NCBI GenBank assembly: GCA_013239625.1
Contig: MU057350.1
Span: 2,356,001 to 2,420,000 of the forward strand
DNA length: 64,000 nucleotides
Direction: 5' to 3'
Origin: Lama guanicoe
Lineage: Eukaryota
Shown here: in pieces, positions 39,754 through 53,489 of the stretch
Position numbering within the stretch: position 1 is the first letter of the stretch
Layout: each line of letters begins with the position of its first letter
Notes under the pieces: generated by a model
Databases searched by the model: none
Seen by the model: only the letters and a program-made list of their open reading frames with translations
What the model was told of the DNA's origin: nothing
Made by a program: the position numbers and the translations under genes

Positions 39754-42225
39754 CTGTACCTTCACCAGCATTTGGTGTCAGTCTCTTTAATTGTAGCCAT
39801 TCAAGTTGGTGTGAACTAGTAAGTCACTGTGGTTTTAAGTTGCATTTCCCTGATGACTAATCTTTTATAAAGTGTTTGCTTAAGTCTTATGCCCATTTTT
39901 AAACCATACTATTGATCGTTGAGTTGTAGGAGTTCTTTACATTCTGGAAGCAGTCCTTTGTTAGATCAATAAATTGCAAATAATCTCTTCAAGTCTGAGG
40001 ATTGCCTATTCATTTGCTTGGCAAGGTCTTCTGACGAGTATAGATTTTTACTCATAAAGTCCAATTAAGCACTATTTTCCTATGGTTAATGCTTTTTGGG
40101 CACTGCCTAATAAATTGTTACTTACCCCAAAGTCATGTGAATATTTCTTGCTTTCTTCTGGATGCTTTATAGTTTTTGTTTTTATATTGAAGTATACTAT
40201 CCACTGCAAATCACTTTTGTGTATGTTGTGACATAATGAGTGAGATTTTTTTCTCCCCATACAATTATACAGTTGGTCCAGCATCATTTGTTGAAAAGAT
40301 GCCTTTATTGAATATCAGTTGACTCTGTACATGTAGGTGTATTTCCCAATCCTTTTGTTCCATCAATCTATTTGTCCATCTTGACACAAATGCCAATACC
40401 ATATTGTCTGGGTAGGGCCTCCATTATCATATTGAATAGAAGAGATGAGTGCAGACAACCTCACTTTGTCTCCAACCTTCATAGAAGGATCCAATATTTC
40501 AATATTAAACAATATGTAAGCTTGAAATTGTTCATAGGTGCTCTTTATCAAGTTAAAATTTCCCTTCTGTGCCTAGTTTGTGAAGAAGTTTTATTTTTTC
40601 CCAAGACTTGACATTAAATTTTGTCAAATACTTTTTCTGTGTCTATTTATATGATCATATGATTAAGCGCCTTTATTTTGTTAATGTGATGATTTATACC
40701 AATTGATTTTCAAATGCTAAAACAATCTTGCATTCTTGGAATATACCTCACTTGGTTTTGATGAATTAAAATTTTTGTATATTGTTGGATTCATTTGCTG
40801 GGAAAGAATATTTGTGTCTAGCTTAATGAAAGATACCAATCTACATTTTTTTTCTTCAAGTATTGGTATCAAAAGATGTGGGAAAGGTTTTAATCACAGA
40901 TTCAATTACTTTAAAAGATATAAAGTAATTTAGATATTCTATTTCTTCTTGTGTCACAGCTTCTTGTGAAAAAGCTGTGTTTTTCAAGGATTTGTCCATT
41001 TCATCTAAATTTTCAAAGTTATTAGTATAAATACATTCATGTTATCTCCCTATTTTCCTCTTAATAATTCTAGAATTTGAACAATGTGCCCTCTTTCAAG
41101 TCAGGTATTGGTAATTTTTGTTTTCTTTCTTTTTTTGCTGACCATTTTGCTAAGAGTTTTTCAAATTTATTAATCTCTCTGAAGGACAAACTTTTGTTTG
41201 TGTCGATAGACTCTATTATTTATTTTCTATTTTATGGATTTTATACTAGTCTTTATTATTCCTTTTTTCTTATTTTTCTCTTTTTTATTTAGCTTCTTAA
41301 AGTGAAAGAAGAGCTCACTTATTTTATTCTTCCTTATTTTTTAATATGAGTATTTAAGTGATTACTATTTTTTAAAGCACTACTTTAGCACTAATTTTGA
41401 AATATTATATTTTATTGCCATTTAGTTTAGATATTTTCTAATTTTCCTTGTGATTTATTCTTTGAACCAAGATTATTTAGAATTCATGTTGCTTAATTTC
41501 CAGATATGGATTTTTTTCCTAGATGTATTTTTGTATTGATTTCTAATTAAATTTCATTGTGCTTAAATAACATACTTTGTAATATTTCAATCCTTTAGAC
41601 TTTATTAAGACTTGTTTTATGACCAAGATGTAGTCTATCTTAGTAAATATTTGATAGACGCTTGAAAAAAATGTATATTCTATGGTGTTGAGTTTAGCAT
41701 CCTATAAATGTTAGTTAGCATTTAGTGTTGATCAAATATTCTATATCCTTACTAACTTTTAGTCACTTGTTCTATCAGTTACTGAGGAATAACTGTTAAA
41801 ATCTTCAACTGTAATTGTGATTTTCTTTCTTTCTTTGATTCATAATTAAATTTTTGCTTTATAATTGTAAAGCCTTATTATTAGGCACATACACATTTAG
41901 GATTTGTTTTGTTTTCTTGATGAACTAAGCATTTTATCATTATGAAGTGTCTTTCTTTATGTGTAGTAATACTCCTTGTCCTAAAGTCTACTTTACCTGG
42001 TATTAATATATTCACTCAACTTTCTTATGATCAATGTTTATACATTTTTTTCATTCTTTACTTTTACCCTGTCAATATCTTTCTATTTANNNNNNNNNNN
42101 NNNNNNNNNNNNNNNNNNNNNNNNNNNNNNNNNNNNNNNNNNNNNNNNNNNNNNNNNNNNNNNNNNNNNNNNNNNNNNNNNNNNNNNNNNNNNNNNNNNN
42201 NNNNNNNNNNNNNNNNNNNNNNNNN

Positions 42226-43160
42226 TGATGAAGGCACAGAGAAAAAAATGTGACAATGAACATATATATGTTCCTGTATAACTGAAAAATTGTACTGTAC
42301 ACTGGAATTTGACACAACATTGTAAAATGATTATAAATCAATAAAAAATGTTAAAAATTTTTTTTGATGAAGGAAGCAAGAATAAACAATGGAGAAAGAC
42401 AGTGTCTTTGACAAATGATATTGGGAAAGCTGGACAGCTGCATGTTAGAACATTTCCTCACACCATACACAAAAAACTCAAAATGGCTTAAAGACTTAAA
42501 CATAAGATAAGACACCATAAGTCTCCTAGAAGAGATCATAGGCAAAACATTCTCTGATATAAATCATAGCCGTGTTCTCCTTAAGCAGTCTACCAAACGA
42601 ATAGAAATAAAAGCAAAAATAAACAAATGGGACCTAATTAAACGTATGAGTTTTTGCACAACAAAGGAAACAATAAGTAAAACAAAAAACAGTCTACAGA
42701 ATGGGAGAAAATATTTGCAAATGATGCGACTGACAAGGGCTTAATCTCCAGAATATACAAACAGCTCATACAACTCAATAACAAAAAATCAGAAAAACCA
42801 ATCCAAAAATGGGCAGAAGTCCTAAGCAAACATTTCTCCAGTNNNNNNNNNNNNNNNNNNNNNNNNNNNNNNNNNNNNNNNNNNNNNNNNNNNNNNNNNN
42901 NNNNNNNNNNNNNNNNNNNNNNNNNNNNNNNNNNNNNNNNNNNNNNNNNNNNNNNNNNNNNNNNNNNNNNNNNNNCAAACAATAAATGCTGGAGAGGCTG
43001 TGGAGCAAAGGGAACCCTCCTACAGTATTAGTGGGAATGTAGTTTGGTGCAGCCATTATGGAAAACTATGCAGATTCCTTAAAAAACTGAAAATAGACTT
43101 ACCCTAGAATCCAGCAATCCTACTCCTGGGCAAGTATCTGGAGGAAACTCTAATTCAAAA
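42226..43160 (+). mobile_element. Young artiodactyl/camelid L1 (ORF2 3' part) with a nested L1 3'-end fragment; interrupted by N-gaps
   Basis: ORF2-type sequence (aacaaatgggacctaattaaac; gaatgggagaaaatatttgcaaatg); 3'-end piece 42235-42364 flanked by tgatgaagg. Confidence 0.85.
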
Positions 43161-44504
43161 NNNNNNNNNNNNNNNNNNNNNNNNNNNNNNNNNNNNNNNN
43201 NNNNNNNNNNNNNNNNNNNNNNNNNNNNNNNNNNNNNNNNNNNNNNNNNNNNNNNNNNNNNNNNNNNNNNNNNNNNNNNNNNNNNNNNNNNNNNNNNNNN
43301 NNNNNNTCTGTCTCATCATCCAGTGACGAGAGCCTGTATATGGTGAAGATTCAGTGGAGATTTGGAATAGAAGACTTGAGGCTATTTGACCTTGAGGTCT
43401 CAGATTGCATTCGTGGCATCAAATAGTGCTCCAGGCAAGCATCTTCCCTTCATATGAAGATCATTACTAGCAAGAAACAAGGAGGTGGCCATATTCCAAA
43501 GACCACATGTATCCCATTTCCCCACAAATGATTAAGGCAAGCTTCCACTGCCTTCTAAAAACTACCTGCCAGATTTTAGGGGCTGTTTTATTTTCCCTCT
43601 CTTTTTTTTCCTTTAAATAAGATTTCTTCAAAAGGGCAAGCATTGGTTGGTTTGTAGTTTCCTGTTTTCTAATCCAGGCTGAAGACAGGGAATACGACTA
43701 AAATTTGTTTGTTGGGGTTTTTTTTTCAATAACTGGCTTGTATGCTATTTTCTTTCTGTGCTTCTCTGAGCTATTTTGTATTAAAAGACAAATAGATGTT
43801 TTTTACAAGGCAAAAAAATGTGTTTTTAATTTCAGATTTTACTTGTTCATTGAGAACTCTCAGAGTTGCCCATGCTCAGCCTCCAGAGATTTGTCACAGT
43901 CCAGGTTTTTCTACCTAGGCAGTGTTTCCCACAGAAGCTTCCACTTGTGAGTTTCTGCTCCAATAAGTTGTGACTGTCTGTATTCACCTGTTTCTCCAAT
44001 TTGAGGTCATAAAGGGATTTTCAGCTGAGCATATTTGTAACTTAACACATAGAAACGTTCTCTCTCCCCACCCCTCTCTCTCCTGCTAGACTTTAGGATA
44101 TCATGATAAAAATTTATAAAATATTTTACATAAAACTGTATATAACATTTTTATATTAAAAAATTTGAATACCAATATTAAATTCCTAAGGTATCATTTC
44201 TCGTTCAAGTGTGCATTTTAACAAACTAACATCCTATTTTATATCATATTACATTAGACTTCTTTCATTGTTTAACCTTTGAATGTCTGTTACTTACATA
44301 ATCAAAAATGTAAAAAGCCTATGAAATTAGGTCATTGCCCAGGAGAAAAGAAGATTTGGAGGTAGCATAGATGATTGTTTTCAAGTGTGGAAAGATCCAG
44401 TGTGCAGAAATCAATGCAATATCTCTTTGCCACTTCATCCGAAATCTAAAAAGAGATGTCCGTTAACCTCACTGAGCTGGGACTTAGCATACCCTATGAA
44501 TTTT

Positions 44505-44750
44505 AGGTTGCCAAGGGGGCGAGGGGTGGGAAGGGACAGACAGGGATTTCAAAATTGTAGAATAGATAAACAAGATTATACTGTACAGCACAGGGAAATA
44601 TACACAAGATCTTATGGTAGCTCACAGAGGAAAAAAATGTGACAATGAATATATATGTTCATGTATAACTGAAAAATTGTGCTCTACACTGGAATTTGAC
44701 ACAGCATTGTAAAATGATTATAAATCAATAAAAAATGTTAAAAAAATAAA
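44505..44750 (+). mobile_element. Young 5'-truncated L1 3' end
   Basis: Its last ~120 nt are near-identical to 42235-42356; AATAAA and A-tail present. Confidence 0.85.
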
Positions 44751-46203
44751 GTATGAGCATCAGTAACATCTTCATCACCGAAACTTGAAAGGACAAAGTT
44801 CTTTGTTGGGGTGTATCCCAGGAAACCAGAGGGAGTGTGTCACATCCCTTAGCCTGGGATATGACACAAATGATGCACCATTACCAAGGTGAAATCTATA
44901 GGTAAGGCCATTATGTATTTCTCCTGGTATAAAATTACTGGAAAAGACGTTCTTTTCTTTCTTTAAACAACACAGGTGGCAGTTTGAGGCTAAGTTAGGA
45001 GTAGTTGGCTACTTAGGCTATTAGCACAGAGGAGCTTGAAAAAAAATTCTTAAAACCTCGGTCCAGGATTTGTCTCTGATTCCCATGCTTTTCTCCTATT
45101 TTACATCTTTAATGAGCATGACATCAAAGACTTGGTATTTGCCTCAAAGCTGCCCCCAAGGCATTTCATTGCAAGTCCTGAAGAAGACCTGAAAGTCTCT
45201 TTGATTTCCCCCATTAGACAACCCAATGTGTATCCTTGGGGAAGGCCAGCCCCAAGGGAACAGACTCGGCCTGCATCCACGTCTCCAGAACTGGTTTCAC
45301 AGCTGGGCTTTGTCTATGGGTCAAGAAAGTAGTAGAAAGTGTGGGGAGACCACGGAATCTGCAGCCAGAGACCTGGATTCAAATTCCTGCTCCCAAACCC
45401 ATTAGCTGGGTAGCCTTACGTAACTTTTACTTTTCCTGCTCTGCAAAAAATGGAAGTAACAGTATCTTCCTTACATGGTTGCTTGTGATAATTAGATAAG
45501 ACATTCTGGTACTGATAGAGTGCTAGTGCTCTATAAATGCTCATTTCCACCCTCCACCCCTTTTCCTCTCAGCCTCTACACAAGTTATGGGAAAGAGGGG
45601 TGAAAATCACCAGCTCCAGCCACAGAGACATCAGTGACAGAAAGGTCCGTGGAGGTGAATATTATGCATGCTGCATTTTTATTCCCCTTTATTCTTCATT
45701 AATCCTGCACTGTGGTATGGAAAGAAAGAAGAAAATTATGTTCTCCTACTGAGGTTGGCCACTTTTAGCTGAATCCCATCTGTTTTGCAAGATTCCTCCG
45801 AGCAGAGAGCATCTTGCCCCTGCTTTTCTATAGGATCCCGCAAGCTCCGGGGTGTACTTCCTGCAGGGTAATTGTGGTCCATAAGCGTCCTTGGTACCCT
45901 GTGGAGGCTGGAGCCTGGGAAACATTCATGGAAAAAAACAATCAGGTTGACAATGCCAAGGTTATAACAGTGACTCAGGCTTTTCTCAGTCAATAGTAAG
46001 CCATTCTCCACACTAGCCTGAAGGGAAAGAGAAGCTATATGAGGAAGGTGGTTCGGAATCTGAAAGCAAAGGATTTCTGATATTTATATACACCAACTTT
46101 TTACCCCCCAGGGGTTCACACGGAAATTCAAGAACAACACTGCTCTTTGGAGAGCTATTTCGGGAATCCACGCATCTCATGGACATTTGGATACAAGCTT
46201 AAG

Positions 46204-46400
46204 CAGTGGTGTGCTGGTAAGCTGGCTCTCTGGGTGGGAGTAAGGGACCCCAGCTGTGGCACCTGCTGGTTTCCATGGTGTACATACTGCCACCAGGGTC
46301 GATTACAAGCTATGCACTTGACATCACTGAGCGGGGAGTTGGGAGGAGCCCTGAATAACCGGCTTGCCTGAGGAGGTGCCCTGGCTGCGGCACCACCCTG
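46204..46400. mobile_element. MER63-like hAT DNA transposon
   Basis: Terminal cagtggtgtgctgg...gcaccaccctg; internal tttccatggtgtacatactgccacca and gacatcactgagcggggagttgggag. Confidence 0.7.
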
Positions 46401-47955
46401 AGCCTGGGGCTCCTGTTCAGTGATAACAGCTATTGGCAGATTCAACCTTTGTTGAAAACAGACATCATTGAGTTCTAGAATTCACTGCCTCTTGCTCGAT
46501 GGCCTGCCTTTTGGTCCTCCCGCTTTTTGAAGCAGCTCTGTAAATCTCACTGCTGGGGACCCCAGACACTTTGACTTAATGAAGATTGATGTCTTCATTA
46601 GATTTGGAAAAGGAATGCTGGGACATTTTATTACCTGGTGGCTGGTGCCTAGTACTCTCTGTTCCGTGGCCCATCTCCCCCACCTCCTGTGACACATTCC
46701 TGAAAGGGCTCCAGGAAAAAATATTACAGCCTTGGCAGATCAGTGTTTTCTGATTGTGCAATGTTCTTCCTGAGAAACCCCATTCTCCAAAGGCAGTCAT
46801 TCTGAACCAGGACCAAGAAGTCGGGGTACAGACTGGCCACCGGGAGGACAGCACAGGGGGCCAGATGGTGGAGAACCAGGACAGAACAAATTTATGGGAG
46901 GCGGCATCCAGGTCTGTTTCATCAGTTTTATGGGTTTTCAGAAATTGCATCTGAAAGAAGGAATTAAAGGGTGTTTGTTTTTTCAAATACTCCACTTTTG
47001 TTTTAATTATTTTTCACGCCTTGTAAAGCGACTTCACTACCATTAGCTCATGTGTCCTCATAGCAGGCTGATGAGATATAATAATATTGTTAACATAATG
47101 AATATAACAACATATTATGTATAACATATTACACTGGTATAATATGTAATATAATAAATATTAATAATAACATGATAAACATGATTATTTCTTCTTTACA
47201 GACGAAGACACTGAGACCCAGAGAAGACAAATGACTTGCTTAGGGTCCTCAGATGTTAATGAGAGCGGAGGTACTTGAGCTCCCCGTGTCTGAGGCCAGG
47301 CTAGAGCTCCCTCTATACCAGACTGTGTGTATATGTGATGACTGGAGGTTTCTATCAGCTCTGGTTATGTAATCACATGTGCCAGGAGGAGTCAGAACTT
47401 TCAGGACGTTTAAACAAACTTGAAGTCATGCTGTGACCCAAGGAGTTTCAATGGGCTCCTGGAGGTCAGATGTTCTCCAAGGTAGTTCAGCAACACCTCA
47501 CTTATTCAGGGCTGGCAGGGAGGGAGATAATCTGCAAAAATCAAATCTTACTAATTGTTCACATATCTGAAGCTTCCAAATCTCGAATGAAATCTTTTAA
47601 AATTACATGGCACATCATGCTGTGTTCTTAAACATAGGATGCAAAACAGCTTGTTTAACTTCATCTCGTTGTAAATCTCAACTTTTTTAGACTTTAATTT
47701 ACAACCCTCTAAAGCTCCACCAGGTTCCAGACTGCTATACTTTTTGGAGTTCCTGTTTCTTTTTTACTTCTATTGGAGAGCTGACCTTTAAGCGCTTCTG
47801 TACCCTCTTCTGTCTTGCTGTTTCTAACTTGTTAAGGAGTGAGTGCAACTGATTCAGAGAGATTTGTTGATCTAGTAGGAGGAGATGGGTTTTAAATAAA
47901 GGTTTGCATAATCCTTCTAGGAGTAAGCACTTTCTATCATCTTTACTTTTCAGGA

Positions 47956-48390
47956 TGTGGTAGGGGCTTTTGTTGTGCTGCTAAGATCCTTTTACCAGCC
48001 CAAGTTCTCTTGTCACTCGGCTGCTGGGACGGTTGGTGACAAATGGCTTTGCAGTAGGACCCTTCTCTGAAGACTCGCTCTTAGTTCACTGGAACTGCTC
48101 CACACAGAAATGCCTGAGAGGTTGTCCCCCTACCTCTGGTGTGCTTGCAGCCTACTATTAATACGGGAGTACAAAAACCCCAGTCCCTTTGCCCCCAGGA
48201 AGGATAATTCCGTGAGGCCATCCTTGTCCCAGAACTTCCCATGGGGTTGGACTAAGGCTGGACTGTAGCTCAATCCATATCTTGCTTGGCTTCTCCCACG
48301 CCTTGTCTTGCTTCCCTTGCTCTTTGACAAGGTGTCCCTAAGACCACTTACAAAAGACCCAACCTCTGATTCCAGAGACTAATCTAAGAT
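47956..48390 (+). mobile_element. ERVL solo LTR (LTR16-like)
   Basis: Starts tgtggtagg, ends ...ctaatctaagat; internal ggagtacaaaaaccccagtcc. Confidence 0.55.
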
Positions 48391-50344
48391 GGGCTTCCCC
48401 CGCTCTCCTACTTTTCATATTCTCGGCTTTATTCTGGAGACGTCTTCCTATCCCTTCCTAACCCAGAATTTAGAGAGAAGGGCAGCTTCATCACGAAAGA
48501 AAGAATGCATAATGAGAAAAAAAATTTGCAAACAGTATATTAGAAATTTTTTAGGTTGTCAAACTCTGACTTAAAGCCTACCTTATGAGGTATTAGGGTC
48601 CTAGAATACAGATATAAAGGACACAGCTTCCCTTCACCTCATCCTTTTGAGAAACTCACAGCCTGATGGAGAAACCAACAAGTGAGTTAGGACAATTACC
48701 ATGTATCTTAATAAATGCTGTTATTGAAGTCAGAACTCATTTATTCATTCAAGAAATATTTCTCAAGCATCTACCATGTGGTAAACTTTAGGAGTCTAAA
48801 CCACCCAGAAAAAAGGCTGGAGAAGACATAATAGTTTTTACTTTGGAGATGATACCAGAGCTGGTTCTGGTAGAGTGAGCAAAACTTTTTACCAGGTGAA
48901 GGTTAGGGAAGGTTTTCATCTCGAAGGACCACAACCTGAAAGGGTGTGGTGTTTGGGGGCACTGGGGAGAAGCTGACCATGGCAGGCGATGAGATGGCAG
49001 AGAAGAAGTCAGGGATGGATGTGAAGACCTTTATCTGCTGGGATAAGAAGTTTGAGTTTTACCCTGTAGGTAATTTGAAGCCAAGAGAACCTTATGAACT
49101 AGGAATGAAGCCGCAGCCTTTTCAGCAGGAACGTGATTGTCATCCACTGGGTGAATTGGGCAGGGAGAAGGGTGGGTCTTCTTAAGAATGAGTCTTCAGG
49201 GAAGGGTCCTGCTGTAAAGCCATTGGTCACCAACCCTCACAGTTTGACAAGTGCATGCTGCATTAGGCTCTTGTGTGCAGTGCCCAAACAGCACAACACC
49301 CCTAATGACCTGTGACGTCACGGCTTAGATATGGTGCTTGTGGCCAATCCACATCTCTGGCAGAAAGAAAATGTACAGTTTCTGAGTTTTCACTCTTGAA
49401 AATTTGATCTATAAAGAAACTGGAAATTCTCCTCTGAGCACTCCTTGTGTTAGGGTTGGTTAGCTGTCCATATATGACTTGGTAGGATCAAGACGTATCC
49501 AAGAGAATCTCTGTCCCTAGATCCCATCCATATTCTGTCATCATTGCCTCAAAGACCGCCATGGCAGCTCCATCCCTGTGACTCATCTGTCTCTCCTCCA
49601 GCCTAGGGGTAAGGAAGGACATGGAAGAGGAGAGGACAAAGAAACAAGATTGTGGGCTCTCTATGGCGCAGTGGGGATACCGAAGTAGCGGGGATGGGGA
49701 AGGATGTGGAAAGAAAGGGAAGAGGCAGGAAGTCAGAGCTTAAGGGAGGTAATAAATACACGTTATCTTCCCTTCACAAGGCTGCAGTGGGCAGGTGCTC
49801 GTTGCTCAAATTATATAAAGATCATGTCTTTTGATTATTTTATTATGGGGAAAATTGATTTTCAGATTAAGCAATTCCTGCCTTTGTTCATATTTCCCCT
49901 AGTAATAATAACAACAATAATGATAAACATACATTGTTTGAGCACTTACTATCTGCATTGTGTTAAGAACTTTGCCTACATTTATCTCTCTAATTCTTCC
50001 CCAAACCCAAGACGGAGGTATTAGCATTCACTTATAAAGGGAGAGGAAAGTAAAGCCTAGAGAGATTACTTAACTTGCTCAGAATCCCACAGTCAGCGAA
50101 CAGAATGCCCAGGTCAATCTGCTTCACTGCAAAGTCGGTCCTTCAGCTCTGTGCCACGTGGCTTTCCCCGCACAGCCATTTGCTCCTTCCTTCACCATTT
50201 CAGATGCTTTTTGTCCTTCAAGACCTATTTCCGGTTTCCTTCCTCCACTTAACTGATTTTACTGAGCACCATCCCCATCCTCTGTGGAGCTTTTTCACAC
50301 TGATTACCTTCTTTAAACACCGCTGAAGTCTTTTAAAAATTAAA

Positions 50345-51005
50345 AAAAAATTTTATTGAAATCTTGTCAGTTACAATGTGCCAATTTCTGGTGTACAGCA
50401 TAATGTTTCAGTCATATGTATACAGACATATATTCATTTTCGTATTCTTTTTCATTATAGGTTACTACAAGATATTGAATATAGTTCCCTGGGCTATACA
50501 GTAGAAACTTGTTGTTTACCTGTTTTATATATAGTAGTTACTATCTGCAAATCTTGAACTCCCAACTTATCCCTTCCCATCCCCTTTCCCCCTGGTAACC
50601 ATAGATTATTTACTATGTCTGTGAGTCTATTTCTGTTTTTTAGATAAGTTCATTGGTGTCTTTTCTTTCTTAGATTCCACATATGAGTGATATCATATGG
50701 TATTTTCCTTTCTCTTTCTAGCTTATTTAGGATGAGGTCCATCCATGTTGCTGGCAAATAGCATTACTTTTTTATGGTTGAGTAGTATTCCATTGTATAA
50801 ATATATCACAGTTTCCTTATCCAGTCACCTGCTGATGGATATTTAGGTTGTGTCCATGTCTTGGCTATTGTGTATAGTGCTTCTATGAACATTGGGGTGC
50901 ATGTGTGTTTTCGAATTAGAGTTTCCTCTGGATATATGCCCAGGAGTGGGATTGCTAGATCATATGGTGAGTCTATTTTTAGTTTTTTGAGGAATTTCAA
51001 TACTT
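50345..51005 (-). mobile_element. Camelid/artiodactyl L1 3' end (ORF2 C-terminus and 3'UTR)
   Basis: Minus ORF 50806-51000 KFLKKLKIDSPYDLAIPLLGIYPEE...CTPMFIEALYTIAKTW is the L1 ORF2 C-terminal domain. Confidence 0.9.
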
Positions 51006-52404
51006 TAACACCTCTGAGTCATTAAAGTAGGGAGCAAATCTTATTAAGAATAGATCTGTACGATTCTTTAAAAGTTTTCAGTGGATGTATTTTGTTTTCT
51101 CTCCAAAGTTTTTAAACCATGTCCGGGTCAGGATCAAGTCTTCTGGGTCCCCATCTTCTCAAATAGCACCCAACACGGTGTTGGGCAGATGTGTCAGGAA
51201 GCCCCTGACTCCTAACCCATCCAGTGGGCTGTAATTTTAAGGAAGAAGAAGTGCATGTGTGGATCTGATAAGATCTGACTGATAAGTGGAGAAGATGCCC
51301 TAAGAGTGATGCTCAGCTATGTTTACCATTTAAATCCACGGCGGCAAGCCAAGATAACTGTTGCAGTCTGTGGACAGAAGTTCATGAAGATCTTTGCTTG
51401 ACAGGTCAGGGTAAAAGGTCTCTTTCTTTCAAAATATGTGAAGGGGCAGGAAACGTGTGCACCAGGTGTTTTGTGTTCATGGCTGCCTAGGAAAGATAAT
51501 TCTGTCTGCTCAGTAAGAACATTGTGCTCTACACACCAGGTTGTTTTTCCAGCAGCTATTTTCTGCCTATAAAAATGAGCATCGCTGGCTCTTAACTTCT
51601 TTCTGCAAATCCCTTGGGCTATAAACAATAACAAAAGGTATCTTATATTTATACAAAGCTGTCCTCAGAAAAGCTCAAGGACCTGAACAGAGTTTGTTTT
51701 TATATATGAGTTCTTATATAATCCCCAAGGGGGAAAGGAGCAGAGGGTGACAATTGAGTTTGGAATGTTGTCAGTCCCAGCAAACAAAACGGAAAAGTAA
51801 GGCCCTACTGCAGGACACGCTGACGGTCATGGCAAGGACAGGAAGTCCGTCTTCCTCACTTCCTGTGCAGGGCACTGCGCCCTGGGCCACACTGCCTCGT
51901 TAGAAATCCGAGAACCTGGAGGAGAGGACAGGAGGGGGATGCGTGGGAGAGAAAGCCCAGCCACACCGGAAGGGATGCTGCCGCCTCCCTGCCTGCAGGG
52001 ACTGTTGTTCCCACTGGTCAGGGCTCTGCCGCTCCCAGAGTGAGTGTCCTTGTCCTTGGTGGAACGGATCCTGGGGAGAATTTTCATCACCCTCATTAAC
52101 AGGGACAGCTGAATCACAGTAGATTTCAGAGGTCTGGGTGGTGTGGGGGAGGAGGGCCATCTGAGCAAAGGGTATTGTGTAAATATTTATTGCACACTTG
52201 GATACAGTGATCACTAAGGCATACACTCTGGACTCAATAAGTGCATCGTACACGTGCAGGAGAGACACACAGGATGAAAGGATCTAAGAGTGCCAAGTGA
52301 ATACAATAATGGAAAAGCAGTTACTTTTGATTGTGAATTTGAGTCAGGACTCCATGGGCCTCGTAGGGGAGCACTTTGGCTGGAATTTGAAGGATAAGCA
52401 GGAA

Positions 52405-52947
52405 TTTATTTTTATTTTTGTTGAAATGTAGTTGATTTACAATGTTGTGTTAATTTCTGGTGTACAGCATAGTGATTCAGTCATACATATATGTATATTC
52501 TTTTTCATAATAGGTTATTACAAGATATTGAATATAGTTCCCTGTGCTATACAGTAGGACCTTGTTGTTATCTATTTTATATATAGTAGTTTGTATCTGC
52601 TAATCCCAAACTCCTAATTTATCTCTCCCCACCTTTTCCTTTTAGTAACTATGTGTTTGTTTTCTGTGTCTATGAGTCTATTTCTGTTTTGTAAATAAGT
52701 ATCTTTTTTTAGTTTCCACATATAAGGGATATTACGTGATATATTTCGTCTCTTTCTGGCTTACTTCACTTAGAATNNNNNNNNNNNNNNNNNNNNNNNN
52801 NNNNNNNNNNNNNNNNNNNNNNNNNNNNNNNNNNNNNNNNNNNNNNNNNNNNNNNNNNNNNNNNNNNNNNNNNNNNNNNNNNNNNNNNNNNNNNNNNNNN
52901 NNNNNNNNNNNNNNNGTCTTGGCCATTGTATATCATGCTGCTATGAA
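52405..52947 (-). mobile_element. Artiodactyl L1 3' end (contains an N-gap)
   Basis: ttgatttacaatgttgtgttaatttctggtgtacagcatagtgattcag... Confidence 0.85.
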
Positions 52948-53489
52948 GGAATGGTTTTAAGGGATATTGTCTACACTGCATTGAGGATGTAGCTCTCTTA
53001 AAATCACCTGGGGAAGCTTTCAGGCCAGTCCCCATCCCTAAATAGTTGGATTCAATGATCTGAGTGTTGCCTGGGCATTAGTATTGTGGAAGGGCTCCCA
53101 GGTGATTTTTCTGAACAAATAAGATAGACAACCACAGAAAGAGCATGGGCTTTGGAACTGGACAGCTTTGTTCTAACACCTGGTAACCTTGGACTAGGCC
53201 CACTGTGGGGCTCCCAAAACTGCACCGTTTCTTCCCACTTCTGCCAGTGCCAGTGAAGAAACTCTGCCATGGGAGAGTCCCTCCCCTTTGACAAACTTTC
53301 CTTGACTGAAAAACCTTAGATTTGGAATCAGGAAATCTGGACTCTACCCCAGCTCTGCCACTGAGGTGCCACATGAGTGTGCTGGGTCACATACAGAGAT
53401 AGAGCAAAGACACAGACACCGTGCTAGGTACTCATTGCATCTCCAGGTGTCAGTTTCCCCATCTGTTGAGGTTTTTAGGGCAGTATTTA

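Larger units (their letters stand above)
38600..42089 (-). mobile_element. Old antisense L1M, decayed, ~3.5 kb
   Basis: T-rich L1 antisense phrases (tacctaggagtggaattgctgggtc; tgcatttccctgatgactaa; cagcatcatttgttgaaaag). Confidence 0.8.
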
